Part shown: in pieces, positions 19,101 to 29,405 of the stretch
How the letters are laid out: every line of letters begins with the position of its first letter
How positions within the stretch are numbered: the first letter of the stretch is position 1
Origin: an archaeon
GTDB taxonomy: Archaea > Iainarchaeota > Iainarchaeia > Iainarchaeales > Iainarchaeaceae
Direction of reading: 5' to 3'
DNA: 64,000 nt
Assembly (NCBI GenBank): GCA_035289625.1
Contig: DATDWP010000016.1
Span: 11,871 to 75,870 of the forward strand
Notes under the pieces: generated by a model
What the model was told of the DNA's origin: nothing
The model's input: only the letters and a program-made list of their open reading frames with translations
Database searches by the model: none
Position numbers and translations under genes: made by a program

Positions 19101-21836
19101 CTCCAGAGGATGGTTGATTATTACAATAGGACCTTTGAGAAAATTACACACAAAAACTGGAACAGCAAAGTATTGCAGACACAGACAACTTCGAAAATCA
19201 ATGTCCTTGCAAAGAGTGCAATTGAAAAAATTTCCCCATTTATTGACCTTTCACAAAAATCACATGAAAAAACAATTTCAGAAGAAATTTTTTCACTCGG
19301 CCTCGGAGAGCAAAAATACATCCTCCAAGGGCTGTTTACAACTGATGGCACGGTTGCAAATTACAGCGAAAAAAGCCAATATGTTGCCCTTGATTCAACA
19401 AGCCTTGAACTCCTAAAAGGGACGCAGATAATATTGCTTGGGTTTGGAATAAAGAGCAAAATTTACAAAAACAGACGGGCAGGAAAACTTGTTGCACTGC
19501 TGCCAGGCAGCAACAGGAAGCTAAAAGAGTATAACGTGAGGGAGATGCATAGCCTGCGCATATCAAGGAGCTCACGGTTGGTGTTTGAAAAGTTAATCGG
19601 CTTTATGGATGAATCGTATAAAGGGGCACAGTTAGCTGAGCTTAATGCCACTGTTTCAGCGTATGAGGATAAACCATTTGACCGTGTGAAATCCCTTGAC
19701 TACATTGGAGAAGAAAAAGTTTATGATCTGACAGAGCCGTTCACGCATTCATTCATAGCAAACGGGGTTTCGGTGCACAATTGCTCAGAATATGTATTTT
19801 TGGATGACACTGCATGCAATCTTGCTTCAATAAACCTGATGCATTTTTTGAATGAAGGGGGCGAATTCCAAGTTGAACAGTTCTGCCATGCAACAAGGCT
19901 ATGGACCATGGTTCTTGAAATTAGCGTACTGATGGCCCACTTCCCTTCAAAAGAAATTGCACAAAAGAGCTATGACTATAGGACTCTAGGGTTAGGGTAT
20001 GCAAATTTGGGAACCCTTTTGATGGTTAATGGAATTCCATATGATTCAGATGAAGGAAGGGCAATTTCCGGGGCGCTTAGCGCAATAATGTGCGGCGAAT
20101 CTTATGCTACATCAGCTGAAATGGCAGGTGCAATCGGATCATTCCCGCGCTATGAGGCAAATAGATCGGAAATGCTAAAGGTAATAAGAAACCACAAAAG
20201 GGCAGCATACAATGCAAAGCCTTCAGAATATGAAGGCCTTACAATAAAACCTGTAGGAATTGAACCTGAAAAGTGCCCAAAAAAATTACTAAGTGCTGCG
20301 CGCACAGCTTGGGATAGGGCGCTAACTTTAGGGGAAAAGTATGGTTATAGGAACGCGCAAGTAACAGTAATTGCGCCCACCGGAACAATTGGGCTTGTAA
20401 TGGATTGTGATACTACCGGAATTGAACCTGATTTTGCAATGGTCAAATTCAAAAAGCTCGCAGGCGGGGGATATTTTAAAATAGTAAACCAGGCCCTAAC
20501 CCGCGCTTTGCAAAAACTTGCTTACCCAAAAGGCCAGATTGATGAAATTATAAAATATGTACGCGGCCACGGGACCCTTGCGGGCTGTCCTGCAATAAAT
20601 AAAGAAAGCCTTTTAGCTAAAGGGTTTACCAATGAGAAAATCGGTCTAATTGAATCCCAACTTGGCAATGTATTTGAATTAAAATTTGCATTCAACAAAT
20701 GGAGCATTGGAAAGGACTTTTGCATCCAACTGGGTTTTACTGAAAAGCAGCTAAATGACCCAGAATTTGATATGCTAAAAGAATTCGGGTTCTCAAAGCA
20801 GGAAATTGATGCGGCAAATGATTATGTGTGCGGCACAATGACAATAGAAGGCGCGCCATTTTTGCGCGAAGAGCACTACCCAATATTTGATTGCGCTTCC
20901 AAGTGCGGCAAGAAAGGGAAAAGGTTCATCCACCACATGGGGCATATAAAAATGATGGCAGCAGCCCAACCGTTTATTTCAGGGGCAATTAGCAAAACAA
21001 TCAATATGCCAAACCATTCAACTGTTGAGGAAATAAAGGATGCTTATTTGCAATCCTGGCAGCTAATGATAAAGGCAAATGCGCTCTACCGCGATGGCAG
21101 CAAGCTCTCACAGCCCCTCAATACAGTCTCTAGTGAAGATGAAATTGCATGGCTTGGTTCAGAAGAGGATATTGATGAAACAATTGGCCCGGCACAAATG
21201 CAGCAAAAAATTGAAATGAAATTGCAAAAAAAATCACTCCCTGCAAAAAGAAGGGGATTTGTACAAGAAGCAACAGTTGGAGGACATAAGGTTTTCATAA
21301 AAACAGGAGAGTACCCTGACGGGAATCTGGGGGAAATATTTATTGACATGTATAAAGAAGGGGCATCTTATAGGGCCCTTATGAACTGCTTTGCCGTAGC
21401 GGTTTCAAAGGCCTTGCAATACGGAGTGCCGCTTGAAGAATTTGTGGATTCTTTCACCTTCACGCGCTTTGAACCATCAGGAATTGTAAAGGGGCACGAT
21501 TCGATAAAGAATTCCACCTCAATAATCGACTACATCTTCAGGGTACTTGGATATGAGTATTTGGGAAGAACAGATTTTGTGCACATAAAACCAATAGAAG
21601 AGTCGCCGGAAGGGGAGCAGAAGAAAATAGTTCCGCAAAATAGATCAGAACTTGCAGTTCCAAAGAGCATGGAAGATCTTGATAAACCAACTTCAGAAGA
21701 AGAGCTCAAAATACGCGCAGCACGCAGCAAGGGATACACTGGCGATCAGTGCGGCTCATGCGGCTCTATGAAGGTGAAGAGGAACGGCGCGTGCACGGTG
21801 TGTGATGATTGCGGTGCAACTAGCGGCTGCTCTTAA
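16173..21836 (+). CDS. nrdJ: Class II (adenosylcobalamin-dependent) ribonucleotide reductase NrdJ, interrupted by two inteins; Cys-rich C-terminal tail
   Basis: Extein blocks QPHA|CFIQSV and TNP|CSEYVFL (radical Cys), [15 protein letters not shown]; tail [25 protein letters not shown] 16173 with a GGGGGA Shine-Dalgarno-like box. Confidence 0.9.
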   Translation: MAEKKSTTHGTQKTKNNKGLAIPRVFTKKGTDPLETIDYEFRTSIIKNPDGSTVFEMKDIEIPKQWTQIATDIIAQKYFRKAGVPQFDKYAKPLLDENGKQILGPERSARQVVNRLAQTWRWWGEKYGYFASENDANAFEDELKFMLINQYAAPNSPQWFNTGLYHSYGINGPAQGHYFVNPDSGILEKSTDAYSHPQPHACGRYDTLLFTEKGIIQLGKMVEEKMIGVKVFDGQQFARVIAVKDNGVKKVFRASLSNGNYIDFTDDHLVLSAKTRDHAFEWIELKDILGYKVQQALNLEQLQGQIVENVNGAAMQKSMETEIELAKAELSGWIVGDGYFGQYGKTTMLGVITINDDEFEHVKGLFEKVLGGFTVTVKREISPTYRIVRRDFKSVRGFVKEYGLEKKSLTASVPNKIMQSGAEVQRAFLRALFQADGCVRIRNNGNSGDVVLTTISEELAHQVQNVLLNNGIYSRVSLCNDSRNDRHTQYHVEIAYYSERVKFENLIGFISEDKINKLQRLNLTVDGKEKPIMSLETVSAIEYLGQEPVYDIQTESGKFTANGVVVHNCFIQSVSDDLVNEGGIFDLVTREARIFKYGSGTGSNFSMLRGKGEPLSGGGVSSGLMSFLKIFDRAAGAIKSGGTTRRAAKMVILNVDHPDIEEFVMWKVIEEQKVAAMVAGSKSCSYYLNEIMRLAHEGKSTDVRKNKELGRTIRSALKFNVPASYIFRALQLAEQGETSIDFRTYDTNYNSDAYATVSGQNSNNTVRISNDFIEAVLNDSDWELKFRTNKNITRKIKARDLWNKIAIAAWHSADPGVQYDDTINEWHTCPNDGRINATNPCVTGDTLVLTKENGWQRIDKLVGKEIELITNIDSMSTGLTKGSFETGIKPVYTLTTNAGYEIKLTADHKVYTANRGFVQAVELTKDDFVCLPSENVAEIKEPTDKDFFRLLGLYLGDGCGSRGQIQLTMDKAEEKVLQRMVDYYNRTFEKITHKNWNSKVLQTQTTSKINVLAKSAIEKISPFIDLSQKSHEKTISEEIFSLGLGEQKYILQGLFTTDGTVANYSEKSQYVALDSTSLELLKGTQIILLGFGIKSKIYKNRRAGKLVALLPGSNRKLKEYNVREMHSLRISRSSRLVFEKLIGFMDESYKGAQLAELNATVSAYEDKPFDRVKSLDYIGEEKVYDLTEPFTHSFIANGVSVHNCSEYVFLDDTACNLASINLMHFLNEGGEFQVEQFCHATRLWTMVLEISVLMAHFPSKEIAQKSYDYRTLGLGYANLGTLLMVNGIPYDSDEGRAISGALSAIMCGESYATSAEMAGAIGSFPRYEANRSEMLKVIRNHKRAAYNAKPSEYEGLTIKPVGIEPEKCPKKLLSAARTAWDRALTLGEKYGYRNAQVTVIAPTGTIGLVMDCDTTGIEPDFAMVKFKKLAGGGYFKIVNQALTRALQKLAYPKGQIDEIIKYVRGHGTLAGCPAINKESLLAKGFTNEKIGLIESQLGNVFELKFAFNKWSIGKDFCIQLGFTEKQLNDPEFDMLKEFGFSKQEIDAANDYVCGTMTIEGAPFLREEHYPIFDCASKCGKKGKRFIHHMGHIKMMAAAQPFISGAISKTINMPNHSTVEEIKDAYLQSWQLMIKANALYRDGSKLSQPLNTVSSEDEIAWLGSEEDIDETIGPAQMQQKIEMKLQKKSLPAKRRGFVQEATVGGHKVFIKTGEYPDGNLGEIFIDMYKEGASYRALMNCFAVAVSKALQYGVPLEEFVDSFTFTRFEPSGIVKGHDSIKNSTSIIDYIFRVLGYEYLGRTDFVHIKPIEESPEGEQKKIVPQNRSELAVPKSMEDLDKPTSEEELKIRAARSKGYTGDQCGSCGSMKVKRNGACTVCDDCGATSGCS
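16776..17876 (+). mobile_element. Intein 1 in NrdJ (367 aa) with LAGLIDADG homing endonuclease
   Basis: Starts CGRYDTLLF, block B TDDH, LAGLIDADG motifs [12 protein letters not shown] and [12 protein letters not shown], ends VVVHN followed by +1 Cys. Confidence 0.9.
18693..19781 (+). mobile_element. Intein 2 in NrdJ (363 aa) with LAGLIDADG homing endonuclease, inserted at the NPC active-site cysteine
   Basis: Starts CVTGDTLVL, block [17 protein letters not shown] and [12 protein letters not shown], ends VSVHN followed by +1 Cys of CSEY. Confidence 0.9.
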
Positions 21837-22033
21837 ATACAGTTGAAGGCTTTGGAAAACCAAATCTTTGAAAACCCTATGAGGGCAAAAATCCTTAAGG
21901 CCCACGCCGTCGTTTGAGGGCTTTTAGGGCGCCCGGATTTTGTTATGGGTAGTTATTCAAAACCTCAATTGACTCAAGAATAAAAATTTACCTAATTAAG
22001 TAATTAGTTAAACTTCTCGGAGCAGATTTTTTC

Positions 22034-22741
22034 ATGCGCTTTTGGGAACTTGATTTTTTGCGCGGGATTGCAATCTGCATGATGGTGCTATTTCACCTTC
22101 TATGGGATTTCAATTACTTTGGGATTATTTCCATTGAGCTCTACTCCGGGGCTTGGGGGCTTTTCCAAAAAGCCACCGCAGCACTATTCCTTCTTCTTCT
22201 CGGTATTTTGCTAACAATTGGGCATGATAAAAGCCCTTCAACTTATGCAAAGAGGTTTTTTTACCGCGCGGTGCAGATCTTCTGCCTCGGGATACTTCTA
22301 AGCCTTGCAACTTACATCTTCTATCCTTCCTCAATGATCTATTTCGGGATATTGCACCTAATCGGCGTCTCAATATTTCTTTCAATCTTTTTTGTGCAAA
22401 ATCCAAAATTATCCCTTGCAATGGGGGCAATAGCAATTGTGCTGCCGCGCATATTTGATTTGCAAAAATTTGAAATTGAGCAGCTTTTCTGGGCAGGGTT
22501 CGCTTCACCTGCTAGTTCGCTTGATTTTTTCCCACTACTGCCATGGGTCGGAGTTGTACTAATCGGGATTTTTGTTGGGAAAATTTTGTATGGAAAGGAA
22601 AATAGGAAATTTAAAATCGAAAAACCAAAAGTACGTGCAATTGGGTTTTTAGAATTTTTAGGAAGGCACTCACTTCTTATTTATTTTGCGCATCAACTTG
22701 TCCTCTTTCCACTTGCAATGGGAATTTCGTATTTATTGTGA
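22034..22741 (+). CDS. DUF1624-like (heparan-alpha-glucosaminide N-acetyltransferase-like) membrane protein
   Basis: MRFWELDFLRGIAICMMVLFH N-terminus and multi-TM layout. Confidence 0.6.
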   Translation: MRFWELDFLRGIAICMMVLFHLLWDFNYFGIISIELYSGAWGLFQKATAALFLLLLGILLTIGHDKSPSTYAKRFFYRAVQIFCLGILLSLATYIFYPSSMIYFGILHLIGVSIFLSIFFVQNPKLSLAMGAIAIVLPRIFDLQKFEIEQLFWAGFASPASSLDFFPLLPWVGVVLIGIFVGKILYGKENRKFKIEKPKVRAIGFLEFLGRHSLLIYFAHQLVLFPLAMGISYLL

Positions 22742-22749
22742 GAAAATAA

Positions 22750-22974
22750 TTATTCTTGCCCTTTAATGCGCTTTATTGCCCTGCCAATAAAACCGGTGGT
22801 GTGACGTTTTTGTACCCTTTCTAATTTGTCTGATCTCTTCTTACGTATTTTCAGTGGCCAATTTCTAGCAGCTTCAGGCTTATATGTATCTAATACCCGA
22901 TGTTCAAGTTTTTCAAGCTTTCTCTTACTCCAGCCCTCTAAGGCCGTTCCAATCTTTCTTCTGATTGCTCCCAT
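22750..22974 (-). CDS. Small basic protein (74 aa), N-terminus MGAIRRK
   Basis: K/R-rich; the N-terminal motif is echoed near the C-terminus (GFIGRAIKRIKG). Confidence 0.4.
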   Translation of the reverse strand: MGAIRRKIGTALEGWSKRKLEKLEHRVLDTYKPEAARNWPLKIRKKRSDKLERVQKRHTTGFIGRAIKRIKGQE

Positions 22975-23038
22975 GGTTAGAATAGGCCACTGGCATTTTT
23001 ATATTTTTGTATTGGCCAAAAGGGCAGATGCAAAAAAA

Positions 23039-24418
23039 TTAGAATTTAGAATGTGACCTGGGGTGCGGTCTTCTTTTCGGGTCCCAATTTCTACTATGTG
23101 GCCTTGTGCCCCCGGAGCGCCCGGGAGAACTAATGTCGCGGTAATCTGAATTCGAGAGGCCCTCTGAACTACTATTCCAAGATCTTTGGGGGCGTGAGTG
23201 TTCTCTGTTGCCCTGGTGCGAACCAGGCCTATTATATGAGTGCGAAGAATGGGGCCTGTGCCCTGGAGAGTTGTGCCTGCGCTCTTTTCGCTCAAGTTGG
23301 ACAATTTCAACAACAGGGGTTTGCTCGTGGCGCACATTTATTGCGCTATTGCGCAAAACAGAGCGAAAATTCAAATGGTCCTGGTGTGAGAGCAAAGATA
23401 TTGCATGGCCGTTCTTTCCTGCCCTTGCTGTTCTTCCGATCCTGTGAATATATTCTTCAGAGGTTGGGGGGACATCGTAATTGTACACATAAAATACCCC
23501 TGAAATATCAAGCCCTCTTGCTGCAACATCGGTTGCCACCAAAACATCTATGTGCTCGCGCTTTAGTGATTCTAGTGCCCTCATGCGCCTGCTCTGGGTA
23601 AGACCGCCATGTATTGGCATTGCCTGGATGCCGTGCTTTTTCAAATTCCTTGCAACAACATCAACTTCGCTTCGTGTGCGACAAAATACTAATGAGAGGC
23701 CGAAGGAATTTTTCTTAATTAAATGCAAAAGCACTGAGAATTTTTCAGCCGGCGAAACATCATAGTACATTTGGTCAAGAAGTGCTGGGTCAACATATGC
23801 TTCTGTTTGCAGGGTCACCGGGGAATTCATGTATTTTGCAACAAGTTTGTCAACATCTTTTGTATAAGTTGCGCTGAATAGAAGTGTTTGCCTTTTTTGC
23901 GGGACTGATCTTATTATGTGCTCAACATCCTCATAAAAACCCATGTCGCACATTCTATCTGTTTCATCCAGGACAAAAAATTTTACGCTATCAAGTTTTA
24001 GCGATCTTGAGCGCATGTGGTCTAGAATTCTCCCAGGCGTCCCTACAACAACTTCTGCGGTTTGCAAATGCTGCTTTTGGGGATTGATATTAACCCCGCC
24101 ATATATCGGGGTGATTTTAATATCGGTGTATTTTGCAAAAGATTTTAGAGAATCGGAAACCTGTACGCAAAGCTCGCGCGTTGGTGTTAAAATGAGGGCC
24201 TGGATGCCTTTTTTGGGGATTATTTTTTCAAGAATTGGAAGTCCAAAAGCCGCGGTTTTGCCAGAGCCGGTGCTTGATTGGCCGATTACATCATTTCCTT
24301 TCTGTACGTGGGGAATGCTTTTTTGCTGTATTTCAGTTAGAGTTGTAAAACCCATTTCCGAAATAGCTCGTAAAAGCCGCTCGTCTAGTTTTATTTCCTT
24401 TAGGTCCATATTATACAT
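23039..24418 (-). CDS. DEAD-box-family RNA helicase with DETD motif II and an R/S/H/P-rich tail
   Basis: Q motif, GSGKTAAF, PTRELC, DETD, SAT, HGGLTQSRR, ARGLD, HRIGRTARAG. Confidence 0.9.
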   Translation of the reverse strand: MYNMDLKEIKLDERLLRAISEMGFTTLTEIQQKSIPHVQKGNDVIGQSSTGSGKTAAFGLPILEKIIPKKGIQALILTPTRELCVQVSDSLKSFAKYTDIKITPIYGGVNINPQKQHLQTAEVVVGTPGRILDHMRSRSLKLDSVKFFVLDETDRMCDMGFYEDVEHIIRSVPQKRQTLLFSATYTKDVDKLVAKYMNSPVTLQTEAYVDPALLDQMYYDVSPAEKFSVLLHLIKKNSFGLSLVFCRTRSEVDVVARNLKKHGIQAMPIHGGLTQSRRMRALESLKREHIDVLVATDVAARGLDISGVFYVYNYDVPPTSEEYIHRIGRTARAGKNGHAISLLSHQDHLNFRSVLRNSAINVRHEQTPVVEIVQLERKERRHNSPGHRPHSSHSYNRPGSHQGNREHSRPQRSWNSSSEGLSNSDYRDISSPGRSGGTRPHSRNWDPKRRPHPRSHSKF

Positions 24419-24584
24419 ATACTACCCATAAAGACCCTTTAAAAAGCTATAAGAACCCCCTTTGCGGCCCTTATAACCCTCTTATTCTGCCCAAGGGATT
24501 CGTTTGTGATTTTCTCGGTTAAGCCAGTTCTAAGAAAAAGTGCTTTTATTCACTAAATAAACATCAGTCTTTTGCCTTTCAAAT

Positions 24585-24890
24585 TTATGAAAGGTCCAAA
24601 TGAGTCGAGTACATAAATGCCGCATCCTCATTTTGCTTTTTTAGAGCGGCGTGCACTAGTATTGAAAGATGTGATGAGGAGATATTTTGCGTGGAATTTT
24701 TTAGAAGAGCCGCCTTGACTTCGGTTAGGGCTTTTTGGGCAATCTGTTCGGATTTTTTTTCGCCAAGATGGCAATTGAGACAGGCTGAATAGGCACTTGC
24801 ATAGATTTTTTTTTCATCAAATTCTTCCATATGGCCCTGCCTTTTAACAGTAAATATTTTTGTAATTTTTGCTTTTGTTTTTTTAGCCAA
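24585..24890 (-). CDS. Stand-alone ATP-cone domain protein
   Basis: VKRQGHMEEFDEKKIYASAYSA resembles the ATP-cone start (V.KRdG..e.Fd..KI); 101 aa, no Zn ribbon. Confidence 0.55.
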   Translation of the reverse strand: MAKKTKAKITKIFTVKRQGHMEEFDEKKIYASAYSACLNCHLGEKKSEQIAQKALTEVKAALLKNSTQNISSSHLSILVHAALKKQNEDAAFMYSTHLDLS

Positions 24891-25620
24891 TGTTTATCAC
24901 CCCATTTGCAATAAGTATTAGTGCCCAGCCTAAAACAACCAATAAGAGTCCGACTGCAAGGCGCATATAGCCCCTATTGTCCTGCTTCCAGCGCTTAATG
25001 TCCTGCACTTTTGCAACCCCGAAATATACTATGAAAAGTATTACGAGCAGCGGGAGGACGAATATGAAATTGTATAAGATCAACAAAAGAAAAGCGGTGA
25101 AATCAAAATTTTGCGACAGTAGTGTAATTATTGCAAGGTATGGGGCCCCAGTGCATGGCAATTCAACCGCTGCAACAAATGCGCCCAAAAACATAACTCC
25201 GGGAATTGTCAAATTTTTTGAAAGATCATCTATTTTCTTTGCATATTCCGGCGGGATTGCTAATGAAAAACCCCTCCCATACCAATAGAAGTCCTTAATT
25301 TCAATAAGCCCAGCGCCAATTACAAGCATTGCAACTGCAATTGAGACGTATTCTGCAACAACTATTGGGACCTGCACGAAAAAATATGTAAGCCCAAGGC
25401 CTGCAACAATATAGGTTATGAAAACCGCGCCAATGTATGCTAGGCCAAATTTTAAAAGTGCCTTTTTGGTTCTCGCCCCGGTAATTACAGTAGAAATTAG
25501 CAGTACCAAAACCCCTATTGCGCACGGGTTTATAGAATCAATTGCAGCGGTGATAACTACAGTTCCAATCGTTGGCAAAATTGCTTCAACTGCCATTTGG
25601 CGCACCTTCTTTTGAATCAA
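24883..25620 (-). CDS. ccdA: CcdA/DsbD-family thiol:disulfide transmembrane electron transporter
   Basis: INPCAIGVL and ELPCTGAPY Cys motifs in a 6-TM core. The start may be ATG 25596. Confidence 0.8.
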   Translation of the reverse strand: MIQKKVRQMAVEAILPTIGTVVITAAIDSINPCAIGVLVLLISTVITGARTKKALLKFGLAYIGAVFITYIVAGLGLTYFFVQVPIVVAEYVSIAVAMLVIGAGLIEIKDFYWYGRGFSLAIPPEYAKKIDDLSKNLTIPGVMFLGAFVAAVELPCTGAPYLAIITLLSQNFDFTAFLLLILYNFIFVLPLLVILFIVYFGVAKVQDIKRWKQDNRGYMRLAVGLLLVVLGWALILIANGVINIG

Positions 25621-26290
25621 AAACTATTTGGATAAAATCTCCCGGAGGGATTTGCGAATAGGGCGCAAGAACATGATCTTCAAATTTTTCATTTTTCTGC
25701 CCATTAACATAGAGCTGCACTTTTGCCGGCAGGCCATTACATAAATCCCCATTTTTCTTATCTAAAATAGAGCCATCTTCAAGAACAACTGCAATGCGAT
25801 CGCTATCAAAATAGCCTCCAATTACTTCAAAATAGTGACCTAGCGAGACATCATGCAGGTCCATTACAGTGCCCTCTACATGGATCCTATAATCGTTGTG
25901 GTGGTGAAGAAGGTTTGTCCCGATTTTTCCATCAATGCCTTTTGATTGTTCAAGTACGAGTTTTTCGCCGCACATCCACACTTCATAATCGGCATGCCAA
26001 TGAACCGGGCCGCCGGTTACAGAATCTAAATTTTTTTGCACCGTTGCCCCCACAAGATAGAGGGTTGAGAGGGAAATTGAAAGGACAATTATTATGAAAG
26101 CTATGTGTTTGTGGGTTTCGGATAATTTGGAAAGGAAAATGATTGAGAGAATTACAACGATTATAGTGATTGCAAAACCAACCCCTAGGAAGAAGAGAGA
26201 ATTATTTTCATGCCCTAAAGATCCGTTTTCATGGGAGAGTACAATCCCCGCAAAAATAAGGATTGCAAATAAGAGCAGGGCTTTTTTCAT
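25586..26290 (-). CDS. Membrane-anchored extracytoplasmic protein with His-rich motifs, function unknown
   Basis: N-terminal TMs; VHWHADYEVWMCG...LLHHHNDYRIHVEG; translationally coupled to ccdA. Confidence 0.55.
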   Translation of the reverse strand: MKKALLLFAILIFAGIVLSHENGSLGHENNSLFFLGVGFAITIIVVILSIIFLSKLSETHKHIAFIIIVLSISLSTLYLVGATVQKNLDSVTGGPVHWHADYEVWMCGEKLVLEQSKGIDGKIGTNLLHHHNDYRIHVEGTVMDLHDVSLGHYFEVIGGYFDSDRIAVVLEDGSILDKKNGDLCNGLPAKVQLYVNGQKNEKFEDHVLAPYSQIPPGDFIQIVFDSKEGAPNGS

Positions 26291-26460
26291 AAAATTCCTC
26301 TTTTAACAAAATTCGCACACTTGCGCTTCTTCTTTCTGTTTGCTCTTCTGCTGTTTTGTATTCTTTGTATTCTTTTGTGTTGAGGGCATTTTTTAGTCTC
26401 CCAAAGAGTCTTGCATTTGGATAATAAAAGCTTTATTCCTATTTAAATCAGTGTGGTTGT

Positions 26461-26775
26461 ATGAAAGTAATTGCAATTGTAACTGATATTTTTTTCAAGG
26501 CAAAAATAGCGGAAGTTGCAAATTCACTGGGAGTAAAAGTGGAGTTTGCAAATAGTTTTGAAAGCTGCCGCGGGGCACAAAAAGTGATTGTTGATCTTGA
26601 AAAATTCGGGACTTTAGGAATTGAAGAGCTAAAAAAGAGTGACGCGCAAATTGTAGTTATTGGGTATTTTTCACATGTTAAAAAAGAGTTAGCAGAGCTA
26701 GCCAAAAGAAGTGGCTGCGATATTATAGTGCCAAAATCTGAATTTAGTAAAAAATTGCCACAGCTCTTAGCGTGA
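26461..26775 (+). CDS. Hypothetical 104-aa protein (alternating beta/alpha pattern)
   Basis: ORF with a GTGGTTG Shine-Dalgarno-like box upstream; no recognisable motif. Confidence 0.45.
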   Translation: MKVIAIVTDIFFKAKIAEVANSLGVKVEFANSFESCRGAQKVIVDLEKFGTLGIEELKKSDAQIVVIGYFSHVKKELAELAKRSGCDIIVPKSEFSKKLPQLLA

Positions 26776-26854
26776 GTCAAAAAATTAAATCTTTAAACAC
26801 CGGCCTAAACCTTTCAGGTGTATTTTTATAAACTAAGTCAACCACTTTTTTGTT

Positions 26855-27802
26855 ATGGATATATTCCTGCTGCTTCTAACCGCTCTTGGCCTTATGGTCT
26901 TTGAAGTGATTACTTCGATTGATAATGCGGTAATCAATGCCGATGTGCTGCGCACAATGTCAAAGAGGGCGCGCAAGTGGTTTTTGCTCTGGGGCCTTTT
27001 GATCGCGGTTTTTTTGGTGCGGGGTGTTTTGCCATTTCTTATAATCTGGCTGGCAAACCCCTCACTTGGCCCAGTTGAAGCTATCACTGCAACATTTAGT
27101 TCAGACCCTTTGGTAGCAGAATCTATGGAAAAATCAAAACCGGTTCTGCTGGTTGGCGGCGGAGTGTTTTTGCTCTTCCTCTTTTTCCACTGGCTCTTTA
27201 TTGAACCGAAAAATTATGGGCTGCGGGGCGAGAGGCGGATCCACCAAGATTATGGGATTTGGTTTTATGCGATAATTTCAGTTCTTTTAAGCCTTGTTGT
27301 CTGGCTTGCAATAGAAAAAGACCCCATAATGGCATTCGGGGCAGTTGTTGGCTCTACTGCCTTTTTCATAACCCATGGATTTAAGGAAAATGCAGCAGAG
27401 CAGGAGAGGCGCATGATGCATAGCGGAAATGGGATGACGGATTTTAGCAAGATCCTATATTTGGAAGTAATCGACGCTACATTTTCAATTGACGGAGTAA
27501 TAGGGGCATTTGCATTCACCATGTCTGTACCGCTAATATTAATCGGGAACGGGCTCGGGGCAGTTGTTGTAAGGGAATTAACAATCCACAATATTGAGAA
27601 AGTGAAAAAATATAAATACCTAAAGAACGGGGCAATGTATTCAATACTCTTCCTGGGGGCAATAATGGTTCTTGATAGCTTTGGAGTGCACATACCGCAA
27701 TACGTCTCACCGCTGATAACATTTTCATCAATTGCATACTTTTTCTACAAGTCAAAAAAAGAGCTTGGGCAAGAGAATGCGGGCAAAGATAGAGGCAATT
27801 AA
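26855..27802 (+). CDS. TerC/DUF475-like integral membrane protein
   Basis: EVITSIDNAVINADVL and a second VIDATFSIDGVIGAF repeat, typical of the TerC-like duplicated core. Confidence 0.6.
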   Translation: MDIFLLLLTALGLMVFEVITSIDNAVINADVLRTMSKRARKWFLLWGLLIAVFLVRGVLPFLIIWLANPSLGPVEAITATFSSDPLVAESMEKSKPVLLVGGGVFLLFLFFHWLFIEPKNYGLRGERRIHQDYGIWFYAIISVLLSLVVWLAIEKDPIMAFGAVVGSTAFFITHGFKENAAEQERRMMHSGNGMTDFSKILYLEVIDATFSIDGVIGAFAFTMSVPLILIGNGLGAVVVRELTIHNIEKVKKYKYLKNGAMYSILFLGAIMVLDSFGVHIPQYVSPLITFSSIAYFFYKSKKELGQENAGKDRGN

Positions 27803-27899
27803 ATTTCCAAGTGGGGTAATTACAGAAATTCGCATCTTTTGCCAAAAAAACGGGTTATAATTATAAATTACAAAGGGTTTTCTTTGTAGGGTCAATATA

Positions 27900-29120
27900 A
27901 TGGCAAGCGTAATAGAGCTTTTTTTCTTTGTCGCAGCAATAATATTTGCGGGGTTTTTTGGGAACCTTTTTTTCAAGCGCACCCGCTTTTCAGATTTCGT
28001 GCTGCTTATGTTCCTCGGGCTTTTGATAGGCCCGGTATTTAACCTCCTTGGGCCGGATGCAGGATTATTCCTAAAAGGGATTACACCATTCTTTGCGTCC
28101 CTTGCCCTCATGATCCTACTCTTTGAAGGAGGGCTGCAACTAAACCTCTACCGCGTGCTGCGCGAACTTCCAAAGACTACGATCTTCACCCTGTTGGTGT
28201 TTGTATTAAGCGTTGCAGTAATCACGGCGATCCTGCTCTTTTTTGGATGGAACCTGTTTTTTGCAATACTTGTAGGATGCATACTTGGAGGGACTAGCGC
28301 TGAAATAATAATACCGCTTGTAAACAGCACCTCGGTGAGTTCGGAGACAAAAACATTCCTAACACTCGAATCGGCAATAACCGATGCGCTCTGTGTAATT
28401 GCGGTTATTACAATGGGGCAGGTTATCCTTGCCCAGACAGTGAATGTGCAAGTAGTCTTGCAGAGCCTCTTTTCTGCCTTTTCAATCTCTGCCGTGCTTG
28501 GGGGGATTTTCGGGGTATTCTGGATAGGGATGCTGCGTGATTTTTCCGAAACCAAAAAATATGACTATGTGCTAACAGTGGCGCTGCTATTTTTACTATA
28601 TGCAATTACCGAATATGCAAACGGGAATGGGGCATTCTCAGCGCTCGTATTCGGAATGGTTTTGGGGAATGCAAAAGAGATTGCCCAGATGCTGCGCATG
28701 AAGCCATCCGAACTTGATTCAACCCTCACTGCATTCCACACGGAGATATCATTTTTTGTGAGGACATTTTTCTTTGTTTATTTGGGGCTGATTTTTGATA
28801 TAACCCAATTAACAGTTGAACTTGGGATAATGTCATTCCTAATAGCGCTTGGAATATATGCGGCAAGAAGGTTCGGGTCGCGGGCAATTGTTCTCTGGAA
28901 CAGCGGCTTTGCATCCGACCAAAAAGCAATAACTGCGCTGATGGCACGCGGGCTTGCAGCTGCCGTCCTTGCAACCTACCCTGTAACTATAGGAATAATT
29001 GACGCTAATTTGGAAATGGTTGTACAGGTCGCGTTCATGGTTATCCTTTTTACTAACATTATGACAACAGTTGGGCTTTTTGATTTTGAAAAGAGCAAGG
29101 CTGCAGGCCTGCAAGCATAG
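27900..29120 (+). CDS. Cation:proton antiporter (Na+/H+ exchanger family)
   Basis: About 12 TM; LLFEGGLQL and ESAITDA motifs. Confidence 0.8.
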   Translation: MASVIELFFFVAAIIFAGFFGNLFFKRTRFSDFVLLMFLGLLIGPVFNLLGPDAGLFLKGITPFFASLALMILLFEGGLQLNLYRVLRELPKTTIFTLLVFVLSVAVITAILLFFGWNLFFAILVGCILGGTSAEIIIPLVNSTSVSSETKTFLTLESAITDALCVIAVITMGQVILAQTVNVQVVLQSLFSAFSISAVLGGIFGVFWIGMLRDFSETKKYDYVLTVALLFLLYAITEYANGNGAFSALVFGMVLGNAKEIAQMLRMKPSELDSTLTAFHTEISFFVRTFFFVYLGLIFDITQLTVELGIMSFLIALGIYAARRFGSRAIVLWNSGFASDQKAITALMARGLAAAVLATYPVTIGIIDANLEMVVQVAFMVILFTNIMTTVGLFDFEKSKAAGLQA

Positions 29121-29405
29121 CAAGAATCTGATAGGCCACACCTCAGGCTAGCCTTTAAATGCCATTAGAGCTGGCCAGCAGGAAAATCTTCATCCAATAT
29201 TATGCTCTCGTTAGTTGTCAAAATGAGGCTCGAAGACGTCTTTTTGCCCCGGGGATTTTTTGGCCCTGCACAAAACTTTCGAAAAGCCTGAACTAAAACT
29301 CAATTTGGCAAAAACGGGAAATTCGAATTTAAAGGCAAATCTGATTTCTACAGAGCAGTGCAAAACCAAAACTTTAATTAGGTGAATAAACTCTTATTCT
29401 GCTGC

